Shown: positions 31,254 to 40,381, counted from the stretch's first letter. The stretch: 64,000 nucleotides of DNA from Opitutia bacterium (GCA_947478395.1 CANJVR010000001.1:160001-224000), one strand, 5' to 3'. Translations and numbers: made by a program. The notes: generated by a model not told the origin, from the sequence alone.

Positions 31254-31670
31254 AAAACGTTGCAACAGCCGCACCATCGAAAACCGCACGTTGATTCCAG
31301 CGCTCCGAACGACACACGGGCTCGATCAACGTATCCCGAGACCACTCAGACGTTCGTCCATCGTCCCGTCGAATCGCCGAAGCGCGGGATGCTCTTGGCG
31401 CCAATCCGGTCCATCATGAACGTCGCGATCCGCGTGTTGTCCTTCTGAAACGCGAGATACAGCATGAGGACTGAGTTGGTATCGTGAGAGCCCGCGCGCG
31501 CTCACGCGGATAAACGCGATGGGCGACGTAACAGCCCGATTCCGGGTACGAATCGCCGTGCTGGCGCCCGCGATACCGCGGCGCTTTCACAAAGGTAACA
31601 TCGGGACGCCCAGGCCCGATCTTCTGCGATTGCCCACCCGCCAAACCGGTCGCGCCCGGAGCGCGCGCCT

Positions 31671-32663
31671 CTACCTTGGATTAAAACGCGCCACGTCCAC
31701 CTCGACATCGAATGGCGCGCCTGCGGTGAGATGGTTCACCCATTGCCGCGCCAGCATCGGCGCCAGCCACACGCCCTTCGCGCCCAGTCCGTTGAGCACG
31801 CCGAGCCGCGCGGTGGAAGGATGCCGTCCCGCCACCGGCTGTTTGTCCGGCAGATTCACGCGCACCCCGGAAAATTGCCGCGCAACCTCGAACGCCCGCC
31901 CGTCCAGTAATTCCGCCGCACTCACACTCAGCGTTGCCCGCGCCTCGGCGGTCGTCGTGGCCGTTGTCACTCCCGGATCGTGTGTCGCACCCACCCACGC
32001 CAAACCCGGCCCCACCGGCAACAGCCAGTGTCCGCGATTCAAGATCACATCGGGGTCCAGCCCCTCGATGGTCAGTTCGAGAATTTCCCCGCGGGAATAT
32101 TCCCAAGGCACCCGCGCCCACGCCACCTCGCGCGTCGTCGCAAATCCGCGACAATCGATCACGAGATCCGCCCGGGCCTCCGCGGCCGCGAGCGACATCG
32201 GCCCGTCGAGCCAGTGGCCCTGCGCTTTCCAACGCGCGGCGGCCGAATCGAGCAGCGCAACCACATCGACCCGGGCCGCTTCCTCCACCCAAAATCCAGC
32301 CTCATCCGCCTCGCCTGCAAACGGCGCGAGATCGCCCCGAACTTGTTTCTCCCCAAAAATGCGGCGCTCGCGATCGTCTCGGAAAATCCTCCGCAAACGC
32401 ATCCTGCGCCATAGCTCCGTTTCCAGCGCGCCCTCCAATTCCCGATACGCCGCACGCGCAGCCGGCAGAAGCGAGTCGATCCGCCAGCTTTTCACCAAAC
32501 GCCGGCCCGTGATCGGATTCACGATCCCCGCCGCGACGCGCGAGGCCGACGGCTCCCGTTGCCCCGCGTCACTGATCACGAACGAAATCCCGGCCCGTTC
32601 GCACTCCCACGCCAACCACGTGCCCGCGAGTCCTTGCCCGAAGATCAGAATATCCCGACGCAT
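31671..32663 (-). CDS. FAD-dependent oxidoreductase (DAO/MnmC-like)
   Basis: GQGLAG, ASRVAAGIVNPITGRR, VGAT, NGLGAKG. Confidence 0.85.
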   Translation of the reverse strand: MRRDILIFGQGLAGTWLAWECERAGISFVISDAGQREPSASRVAAGIVNPITGRRLVKSWRIDSLLPAARAAYRELEGALETELWRRMRLRRIFRDDRERRIFGEKQVRGDLAPFAGEADEAGFWVEEAARVDVVALLDSAAARWKAQGHWLDGPMSLAAAEARADLVIDCRGFATTREVAWARVPWEYSRGEILELTIEGLDPDVILNRGHWLLPVGPGLAWVGATHDPGVTTATTTAEARATLSVSAAELLDGRAFEVARQFSGVRVNLPDKQPVAGRHPSTARLGVLNGLGAKGVWLAPMLARQWVNHLTAGAPFDVEVDVARFNPR

Positions 32664-32696
32664 CGTTCAGAGGAAGTTTGGTCGACCAACGACCCG

Positions 32697-32836
32697 CTCG
32701 TGCTCGTGATTCATGATCGTAGGCTTAGACGAAGGCACGCTACGAGCACGAGTAATACCAAACGCGCGAACGAATTTAACCCCAGATCACACGGACAACA
32801 CGGCCCACTCGCGCTGCTGTATCCGTGTCATCCGTG
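32697..32836. repeat. Two short periodic inverted repeats (ctcgtg 6-mer; cacgga 9-mer)
   Basis: ctcgtgctcgt/acgagcacgag perfect 11 bp; cacacggacaacacgg/atccgtgtcatccgtg. Confidence 0.6.
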
Positions 32837-32910
32837 CTTAAGAGTTCCTCTCCGATCGCGTCGCACGCTCTGCCAACTCCCATCATAAAAATTCGCGATC
32901 CGGTCGACGC

Positions 32911-33642
32911 TCATGAATCGACCGCGTGCAACGCGGCGCCGACGATGCCAGCTTCGTTGAAAAACTCGGCGGGAACCAATTTGGCGCGACACTTGATGTA
33001 CGGGAAAAACTTCTTGTGCTTCGCGCTCACCCCGCCGCCGATGATGATCAACTCGGGCCACAAAATCGCCTCAAGAATGCCAATATATTTATTGAGCCGC
33101 TTGCCCCACTCTTCCCACGAGAGATCCTCCTTTTCCTTGACCGACGAGGCCACGCGTTTTTCCGCCGAATCGCCTTTCAAAGGCAGGTGACCGAGTTCGC
33201 ACGGGATGAGCGTGCCGCGATAAAACAGCGCGGACCCCACCCCCGTGCCGAGCGTCAGCAGCAACGCCTTCCCGTCGAACCCAAGCCCGGCGCCAAAGCG
33301 CATCTCGGCCAATCCCGCGGCCGCCGCATCATTGATCAACGCAACCGGACCGCCCAACGTCCCGGAAAAGAGTTTGACCGCGTCGCACCCGATGAAGTCC
33401 CGGTGCAGGTTGGACGACGTATAGATCCGCGAGCCCATGACCACGCCCGGAAAGCCCACGCCGATGGGACCCGTCCAGTCGAACTGTTTTGCAATATTTT
33501 TGATCGCTCGCGCCATCTGCGCCGGAGTGAGCCGCTCGGGGGTTTCGAGGCGGTAACGTTCCGCCAAAAGACAGCCGGTCTTGGTGTCCACGGGCGCGCC
33601 CTTGAGCGCGGAGCCGCCGATATCGATGCCGAGGATATTCAC
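32911..33642 (-). CDS. ppgK: Polyphosphate glucokinase (ROK)
   Basis: LGIDIGGS..KGAPVD, GVGFPG, NDA, TLGTGVGSA, ELGH, IIGGGVS, NEAGIVGAA. Confidence 0.9.
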   Translation of the reverse strand: MNILGIDIGGSALKGAPVDTKTGCLLAERYRLETPERLTPAQMARAIKNIAKQFDWTGPIGVGFPGVVMGSRIYTSSNLHRDFIGCDAVKLFSGTLGGPVALINDAAAAGLAEMRFGAGLGFDGKALLLTLGTGVGSALFYRGTLIPCELGHLPLKGDSAEKRVASSVKEKEDLSWEEWGKRLNKYIGILEAILWPELIIIGGGVSAKHKKFFPYIKCRAKLVPAEFFNEAGIVGAALHAVDS

Positions 33643-33795
33643 GGGGAATTGGAGTCTGTGATCATACCCACCCGCCCGCAGACTTCAATCGCGGACACCA
33701 CAAACCGGCATCATGCGACGCCGCTGAAAACCAGCGCGGCTAACCGAGCCCAATAAAGACAGCGGCGAAATAAGGCCCGGTGCCGCACCTGCAAC

Positions 33796-33993
33796 ACGTC
33801 ACCTATTAAGTGACATTCCCGCGGAAAACCACGCCCTCAAGACGAGCGAGGATCAACCCGACGTGGCGCGCCAGCGCCGAAGAAAAACCCGAAGTCCGAC
33901 CCGTAGTTCACCACGCAGGACTCCATGCGGACGGCTCTTGAACTCGGAAAACGTCCCCGTCTCAAACGGTGAATGTCACTTAATAGGTGACGT
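33796..33993. repeat. 198-bp segment bounded by perfect 23-bp inverted repeats
   Basis: acgtcacctattaagtgacattc (33796-33818) and gaatgtcacttaataggtgacgt (33971-33993). Confidence 0.9.
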
Positions 33994-34062
33994 TCAGCTC
34001 GGCTGAGCTCCGTGAGCTCGTGGAGGGCCGAAATCAGCGCGGAGTTTTTCAGGCGAGCGGGC

Positions 34063-34539
34063 TCAACCGTGGCCGCAGCCACCGGCGCCGTGCGCGTGGC
34101 CGTGCCGCAATTCCTCGTCGGTCGCAGGCCGCACGCTCACGACTTCGACGTCGAAATTTAGGTCCACGCCCGCGAGCGGATGGTTCGCATCGAGCAACAC
34201 CATGTCGCCTTCAATCCCGGCGACGGTGACCACCGGATCGAACCGGTCCGTCCCCGTCTGAAACTGGTCGCCCACATGCAACTCGCCCTCGACGGGCAAT
34301 TGCGCGCGCGGCACCCGCTGCACCTGGGCAGGATCACGTTCGCCGTATGCCTGCGCCGCGGCCACCTGCACGCGCGCCTTCGTGCCCGCCGCGAAGCCCC
34401 GCAATTGGGTGTCGAGTCCGTCGATGATTTGTCCCGCCCCTTCAAGATAGGTGATCCCCTCGCCGCCCGCGGAAGTGTCCAAGACATTCCCGGCGGAATC
34501 GCGCAAAGTGTAGTGAAAGTTGACGACGTGACGCTTCAT
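34063..34539 (-). CDS. slyD: FKBP-type PPIase SlyD
   Basis: FHYTL, YLEGAGQII, AYGE, LDANHPLAG, RHGHAHGAGGCGHG tail. Confidence 0.92.
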   Translation of the reverse strand: MKRHVVNFHYTLRDSAGNVLDTSAGGEGITYLEGAGQIIDGLDTQLRGFAAGTKARVQVAAAQAYGERDPAQVQRVPRAQLPVEGELHVGDQFQTGTDRFDPVVTVAGIEGDMVLLDANHPLAGVDLNFDVEVVSVRPATDEELRHGHAHGAGGCGHG

Positions 34540-34712
34540 AAAAGATGGAAGCCTCCACGCTGGGCCAGACTTCCCGCCGCTGGCAATCCGCAGAATAAAA
34601 ATTCTCCTGACAATGTGAACGCCCGACCGCCGGACGCGCCCGATTGGCAATGTCGCCCGATATGAAAGCGGCCGTGCCCCAGTGATGGCCACAACGAGTC
34701 CCCAAACTTCGG

Positions 34713-34852
34713 GCGAGCGGTTTCACCAAAAGCGTGGCCGCTAGCGACGTAGCGGCAGGCGTCCCTGCCTGCGGAAACGACTTTGCCGAACCCGCCAGGT
34801 AGAGACGCCTGCCGCTACCCAATACGGCCAGGAAAAACTCAAACCGCTTTCG
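34713..34852 (+). repeat. MITE/REP element copy C
   Basis: agcggttt...gtagcggcaggcgtccctgcctgc...agagacgcctgccgctac...aaaccgctttcg. Confidence 0.8.
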
Positions 34853-35004
34853 CTACGGCGGAGTTTCCGTTGCGCCTATGCGCGCGTCGGAGGCCTGAAC
34901 GCAGGAGAAGAAATTTTTTGTGCCTTTTCGTGGAAAAAATCCGACTCGCGATATCCGGAACCACATCGTTGACGCACCTCCTCCCCGCCCCGATCACTGC
35001 TCGG

Positions 35005-36192
35005 GTGACCTCAGCGGAACGAATCAAAGACGGCTACGAACGTCGTCCTTATCCCGGCACCGATCTGGGCCGACTCATCAAAAAGGGCGGCTCCCTGCCC
35101 GCGCTCAAATGGATGCTCGCCCTCGGCCGGCCCGGCCGGCCCGCTCCCTCTCGCGTGCTCATCGCGGGCTGCGGCACCGGCGTGGAGGCGTTCATCCTGC
35201 GGCAGCGATTGCCAAAGGCGGAAATCGTGGCGGTCGATTTCAGCCCACGCTCCATCGCGACGGCCGACCGTCTGCAACGCACCTCCAGGCCTAAACGGCC
35301 AATCACGTTTCTCGCGGCCGACCTCGCCGACCCGGGCCTCGCCGAGCGAACCGGTGGGCATTTTGATCTCATCTCTTGCCACGGCGTTCTCAGTTACGTC
35401 CCCGACCCTGGTCCCGTCCTGAAAAATCTCGCGGCCTGTCTCAGCCCGGGCGGCGCCGTTTATCTAGGCGTCAACGGCGGCGCGCATCCGGCGACCGCGC
35501 TGCGGCCCTGGCTCGCGGGGTTCGGTCTCGCCGTCGATGCGTTGAAAGACGAACGCCGGCTGCGCGAACTGCTCGGCCTCTGGGATACCCTGCACGACGA
35601 GGGCGGCGGCGAACTCGCCACGATGTCCGCGAGCTACCTGGCGAGCGACATTTGCGGCGCCCATTTCAATAACTGGCCGCTCGACCAATGGCGAACTGCA
35701 GCAAATCGCGCCGGCTTGGAAATTGCCGGCACCGACATTCTACCGATGGCGTTGCGCCTCACAATGGACCGGGATCAGCATCGCTTCTTTTTTCCCGGTA
35801 GCCCCGGCGAAGTCGCGGCACGCATGGATCAGTTACGACCGGCGGGGTTTCACCGCATCATGTTGCGACCCGTCGAAACCGGCGGACTGATTCAGGCCTT
35901 CGATCGCACTCCCGCCCAAAGCGTACAGTGGACCGACCTTTACTCGGCGCGCTTCCGCAAATCTAACGGCGGCCGAACGATGATCGTCGTGCTGAGCTGC
36001 GCGATCTTTCACCTACGCCTGGAGTGGACGCTCACGCTGGCGCAAACGAAGGCGCTGCTCCAATTGATCGAAACCGGCGTCGCATCCGCGGCCGATCTGA
36101 AACCCTGGACGCGCACCGACGCAGGCCGGCGCTTGCTCTGGCTCTGGTCCGCTTTAGGGGCCATCGCCGTCAACGCGCCCACGCGGGCCTAG
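35005..36192 (+). CDS. Class I SAM-dependent methyltransferase (start uncertain)
   Basis: YERRPYP, VLIAGCGTG, VDFS, FDLISCHGVL, LSPGG. Confidence 0.8.
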   Translation: MTSAERIKDGYERRPYPGTDLGRLIKKGGSLPALKWMLALGRPGRPAPSRVLIAGCGTGVEAFILRQRLPKAEIVAVDFSPRSIATADRLQRTSRPKRPITFLAADLADPGLAERTGGHFDLISCHGVLSYVPDPGPVLKNLAACLSPGGAVYLGVNGGAHPATALRPWLAGFGLAVDALKDERRLRELLGLWDTLHDEGGGELATMSASYLASDICGAHFNNWPLDQWRTAANRAGLEIAGTDILPMALRLTMDRDQHRFFFPGSPGEVAARMDQLRPAGFHRIMLRPVETGGLIQAFDRTPAQSVQWTDLYSARFRKSNGGRTMIVVLSCAIFHLRLEWTLTLAQTKALLQLIETGVASAADLKPWTRTDAGRRLLWLWSALGAIAVNAPTRA

Positions 36193-36202
36193 CGTTCGTT
36201 TT

Positions 36203-36282
36203 TGTGGGCGGGGTGCCCCGACCACGCATTGACGTTATCCTGCGCGGGACGTCGCTCGCGGGGTGAGGGCACCCCGCCTCCA
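36203..36282. repeat. REP-like inverted pair (gtgggcggggtg family)
   Basis: tgtgggcggggtgccccgaccacgc ... gcggggtgagggcaccccgcctcca. Confidence 0.7.
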
Positions 36283-36301
36283 TTTTCAAACCTGTCTGCC
36301 T

Positions 36302-36443
36302 CTACACCGGTTTAACCCAAAGCGTAGCCGCTAACGACGTAGCGGCAGGCTTCCCTGCCGGCCGGAACGAGGACGCCGAACCCGGCAGGCAGAGACGCCT
36401 GCCGCGACCCAAGACGGCCGCGAAAAAACTGAAACCGCTTTAG
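36302..36443 (+). repeat. MITE/REP element copy D (most complete, 142 bp)
   Basis: ctacaccggttt...gtagcggcaggc...cggcaggcagagacgcctgccgcgac...aaaccgctttag. Confidence 0.8.
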
Positions 36444-36468
36444 CGACGCGATCCGTGGCCGCCGTGAC

Positions 36469-39111
36469 TCATGTCTCCTGCCGCAAAATTTCCAGCGGCG
36501 GATGATCCGTCACGCCGCGATTGGCGAGCAGCCCAGTGATGAGCGTCACGCTCGACGCTATCGCGACCGCTCCGAGCACCAGCAGCGGCGGAGCCGAGGG
36601 GGTGAGATGGAAAACATACTTAGCCAACAGCGCGTTACCCGCGATCGCGAGTCCGCCACCGACCACCGCCGCGAGCACGCCGAGGATCGCGTATTCCACC
36701 ATCTGGATTTGCACGAGTTGGCGCCGCGTCGCACCGAGCGTCCGCAGCAAAACCGTTTCGCGCACGCGTTGATACCGCCCTGACAGCACCGCACCCGCCA
36801 GCACGATGATACCCGTCGCCACGGTGAACAGCGCCATGAACTGAATCACGAACGCGACCTTCGAAAAAATGCTGTCGAGCGTTTCCATCACGAGCGCGAC
36901 ATCGATCGCCGACACATTCGGAAACGCGCCCACTACCTCGCGCTGGACTCGCGCCGAATCCGCCGGCGTGGCCGTGCGCAGCGCCGCGACAAATGTCTTC
37001 GGAGCGCCCTCGATCGCGCCCTCGGGAAATACCACAAAAAAATTGGAGTCGAGCCGCCGCCATTCCACGGCGCGCACACTCGTTACTTTAGTCCGCACCG
37101 GTACGCCCTGCACGTCCCACTCGATTTCGTCGCCCAGCTCCAGTTGAAGGCTTTTCAGAAAACTTTCCTCGACCGAAATGGGCACCACCGCTACGCCGGC
37201 CGACACCTGGCCGTCGAACTTGCCCGCAACCACGCGCTCGGTGCCGCTCAATTTACCGCGGTACGTCGAACGGTATTCGCGTCCCAACATGCCATTGGCC
37301 ATACGTCCGCCGGGTTCACCCCCACGACCCAACCGCCCGCCACCTGCACCACGCCGCGTCCCGCTGCCTGGGGGCGGCGGGTTGGGATCATCCGACAGTG
37401 AAAGGTCCGGCGCAGCACTCACCCGCGGACGCGTGATTTCCTGCACCGTGCGGCCTTTGAGCGCGGCGATTTTCATCGTCACAATCGGAGCCTGCTGCAG
37501 CACCGGCGCACCCTGAGCGACCGCCAGTTTATCGAAGGCCTCGATTTGGTCGTCCTGGATATCGAAGAACAAGAGATTGGGCCGCGAGCCGCCGCCGACG
37601 GCATCGATTTCGCGCAGCAAGGTTGTGCGCGTGAGGTAAAGCGTGAGAATTAAAAACGTCCCAAGACCGAGCGAAAGCAGCAGCAACACGGTGCGGTTGT
37701 TCGGCCGGTGCAGATTCGCCACGCCCTGCCGCACCACGTACGGCAGCGCGCGGGGTACCCAGCGACGGGCGGCCCACGCCACCCCCGCTGCGAGGCCGGC
37801 GAGCACGCCGAAGCCCACCGCCAGCATACCCGTGAAACCCAGGCCAATCCGCCAGTTGTGCGTCTGCGTATAGGCGAAGCCCGTGACGGCGACGACGATC
37901 AAGGCCACGATCAGGATACGCCAAGGATCACCCACGCCCCCGACGCGTTCCGCGAACGCCGAGCGCAGCGCCACGAGTGGCGAAACTCGCCGTACCGCGA
38001 GCAGCGGCAGCAGCGTGAAGAGAAGCGAGATCACCAGCCCGGCGGCCATGCCGCGTCCGACCTCCGCCCACGCAATGAAGAAATCGACCTGAAACGGCAG
38101 CATACCCTTCAACATCGCGGGCAACGAGAGCTGCAGCGCCACACCGAGTGCGCCGCCCAGCACCGCGCCAAAAATCCCAAGCGCGAAGCCCTGCACCAGA
38201 TAAACCGCAAAACTCTGCCCGGCGCTCGCACCCAGACAGCGCAGCACGGCCACCGTGGTGATTTTTTGCCGTACATACACATGGATGGCGCTCGCGACGC
38301 CGATCGCGCCGAGGAACAGCGCGATAAAACCCACTAGATTAAGAAAGCCCTCGATGTTCGTCAGCACCTGACCGAGATCACGTTTGCGCTCGGCGACGGT
38401 CGCCGCCGACACCCGGCGTCCGCGAAATTTGTCCCGAATCTCACGATCGATGACATCGGGATCGCGTCCCGCCGGCAGCTTCAGCAGCACGCGGTGTACG
38501 GCGAGATTTTCTTTGTTCCCGAGCTCGGTCGATTCCAGCCGGCTCATTGGAATAAAAGCACGCGGGGCAAACGTCGCAATGGCGGACGACTCGCCGGGGA
38601 CTTTTTTCAAGGCCGCAGCGACGATGAACGTGGCCTTGCCAAGCTTCACGCTGTCGCCGGGTTTGACGTTAAACTGATTGAGTAACGTCTCCTCGAGAAT
38701 CACGACCGCTTCACCGGCCCGCAGCCGGGCGGGAGCGTCGGCGGGCGACGTTTCAAAATCGCCGAAGAAAGGAAAATTTTTCTCAACCGCCCGCACCTGC
38801 ACGAGCCGCGTGGCATTCGCCGCGGTGGGAAACACCAGCATCGACGAAAATTCGGTGGTGGCCGATTGTTCGCCGCCGAGCGCGTCAAGGTAGGTCTTAA
38901 GGTCCGCATCCGGAGCAGCGCGGGAGGTCACGATCAGATCCGCGCCGAGCAGGCCCTTGGCCTGCAGATCGATGGCGTCCTTGAGATTGACGGTGAATGA
39001 ACCGATCGCCACGAGCGCGGCGATGCCGAGGACCACCGACGACGAGAACAGCGCCAGCCGCTGCCGCGAAGCCCGCGAATCCCGCCAGGCCATTTTTAAG
39101 ATGAAGTTCAT
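36469..39111 (-). CDS. ybbP: ABC permease, YbbP/FtsX type
   Basis: MAWRDSRAS, LLGADL, VLRCLGA, PNLLFFDIQ, LRTLGA; two FtsX halves; linked to ybbA/tesA. Confidence 0.88.
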   Translation of the reverse strand: MNFILKMAWRDSRASRQRLALFSSSVVLGIAALVAIGSFTVNLKDAIDLQAKGLLGADLIVTSRAAPDADLKTYLDALGGEQSATTEFSSMLVFPTAANATRLVQVRAVEKNFPFFGDFETSPADAPARLRAGEAVVILEETLLNQFNVKPGDSVKLGKATFIVAAALKKVPGESSAIATFAPRAFIPMSRLESTELGNKENLAVHRVLLKLPAGRDPDVIDREIRDKFRGRRVSAATVAERKRDLGQVLTNIEGFLNLVGFIALFLGAIGVASAIHVYVRQKITTVAVLRCLGASAGQSFAVYLVQGFALGIFGAVLGGALGVALQLSLPAMLKGMLPFQVDFFIAWAEVGRGMAAGLVISLLFTLLPLLAVRRVSPLVALRSAFAERVGGVGDPWRILIVALIVVAVTGFAYTQTHNWRIGLGFTGMLAVGFGVLAGLAAGVAWAARRWVPRALPYVVRQGVANLHRPNNRTVLLLLSLGLGTFLILTLYLTRTTLLREIDAVGGGSRPNLLFFDIQDDQIEAFDKLAVAQGAPVLQQAPIVTMKIAALKGRTVQEITRPRVSAAPDLSLSDDPNPPPPGSGTRRGAGGGRLGRGGEPGGRMANGMLGREYRSTYRGKLSGTERVVAGKFDGQVSAGVAVVPISVEESFLKSLQLELGDEIEWDVQGVPVRTKVTSVRAVEWRRLDSNFFVVFPEGAIEGAPKTFVAALRTATPADSARVQREVVGAFPNVSAIDVALVMETLDSIFSKVAFVIQFMALFTVATGIIVLAGAVLSGRYQRVRETVLLRTLGATRRQLVQIQMVEYAILGVLAAVVGGGLAIAGNALLAKYVFHLTPSAPPLLVLGAVAIASSVTLITGLLANRGVTDHPPLEILRQET

Positions 39112-39117
39112 GAAGAA

Positions 39118-39679
39118 TTGCCCACGGAACACACGGAATACACGGAAATCTCAGAGGACGAAGCGCTCATGTTCGATTTTGGGAAAGTGGCCAAAGTTTA
39201 CGAGCAGCCCGACCCGAAGGCCCGTCGCGTGAAGATAATTTTGAACCTGAGCGCGATGCTCGTCGACCAGCTTGGACACCGCTTTTATTTCCACGATCAC
39301 TTTGCCGAAGCAGACAAAATCCGCGACGTAGCGCTGCTTGAGCGGATGCCCCTTGTAGTTCAAGGCGAGCTGCACGAGCGCCTTCGCCGGAATTTCCCTC
39401 AGTTGGAATTTTATTTCGAGGCACTCCTGAAATACCGCCTCAAGAAACCCACAGCCCTTGTCACGATAAACTTCAAAGCATGCTCCGAGAAGCCGGTACG
39501 TTTCGTCCTCGTTGATAAGTTTACCCATGATCCCTCTTCCGTGAATGCGGTTTTTTCGGTGAACAACTTCAGCCTCTGTCATAACTCCTCCTTCGCGGAG
39601 GGGACATTCGATCATTGGCTCGAAATAAATCCTGCGCCTCATTTCTTGTTTCCGTGTGTTCCGTGTGTTCCGTGGGCAA
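39118..39679 (-). mobile_element. GxxExxY cassette 2 bounded by 31-bp inverted repeats (3x10-nt cacggaaca units)
   Basis: ttgcccacggaacacacggaatacacggaaa versus tttccgtgtgttccgtgtgttccgtgggcaa (30/31 complementary); sits between ybbA stop and ybbP start. Confidence 0.65.
39151..39528 (-). CDS. GxxExxY protein (PD-(D/E)xK-like putative nuclease)
   Basis: GACFEVYRDKGCGFLEAVFQECL, YVADFVCFGKVIVEIKAV, HRAQVQNYLHATG..VGLLVNFG. Confidence 0.9.
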   Translation of the reverse strand: MGKLINEDETYRLLGACFEVYRDKGCGFLEAVFQECLEIKFQLREIPAKALVQLALNYKGHPLKQRYVADFVCFGKVIVEIKAVSKLVDEHRAQVQNYLHATGLRVGLLVNFGHFPKIEHERFVL

Positions 39680-39681
39680 AC

Positions 39682-40374
39682 TCAGCTTCTGTCATCGCTC
39701 ACCACCGCGCCGTTTTTGAGCCGGATCACGCGCTGACATTTCCGCGCCAGCTCCATGTCGTGGGTGACGAGCACCAGCGTCGTTCCTTTTTCGCGGTTCA
39801 ATCCGAACACCAAATCCACCATCGCCGCCGCGGTGTCGCCATCGAGATTTCCCGTCGGCTCGTCGCAAAACAAAATCTTCGGCCGGTTCATGAACGCCCG
39901 CGCCAGCGCCACGCGCTGCTGTTCGCCGCCAGAAAGCTGCACCGGATAATGTTCACACCGCTCGGCCAACCCAACCCGTCCAAGCAAGGCCCGCGCTTCC
40001 GCTTCGGTCGCCGCGCCGCCTTCACCGCGCAATTCGAGCGGGACGAGCACGTTCTCCAGTGCCGTCAGCGTCGGGATCAATTGGAAATTCTGAAACACAA
40101 AACCCACGTGCGCGTTTCGCACCCGTGCGCGGCCGTCTTCGTCGAGCGCACCCAGTTCTGAGCCGGCCACGCTGACGGTCCCGCTCGAAGCCCGATCGAG
40201 CCCCGCGCACAAACCGAGGAGCGTCGTCTTCCCGCTCCCGCTCGGGCCCACGATCGCCAGACTCGCACCGGCCTCGAGGTCGAAGCTCACCTCCCGCAAT
40301 ACCGTCAAAGGGCCCGCCGCCGTGCGGTAACTTTTGGTGAGTCGCTCGACTTTCAAAATGGATTGGACACTCAT
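39682..40374 (-). CDS. ybbA: ABC ATP-binding protein, YbbA type
   Basis: GPSGSGKTT, GFVFQNFQL, LSGGEQQRVA, DEPTGNLD; divergent from tesA. Confidence 0.88.
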   Translation of the reverse strand: MSVQSILKVERLTKSYRTAAGPLTVLREVSFDLEAGASLAIVGPSGSGKTTLLGLCAGLDRASSGTVSVAGSELGALDEDGRARVRNAHVGFVFQNFQLIPTLTALENVLVPLELRGEGGAATEAEARALLGRVGLAERCEHYPVQLSGGEQQRVALARAFMNRPKILFCDEPTGNLDGDTAAAMVDLVFGLNREKGTTLVLVTHDMELARKCQRVIRLKNGAVVSDDRS

Positions 40375-40381
40375 TAAGTCG

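Noticed and set aside
24049..36443. Repeats considered as a CRISPR array
   Set aside because: They are dispersed and inverted, with no regular repeat-spacer pattern and no cas genes.
39118..40161. 347-aa plus-strand ORF spanning the GxxExxY cassette
   Set aside because: Antisense to GxxExxY and ybbA; its TEHTEYTE and PCVPCVPW words are just translations of the repeat arms.
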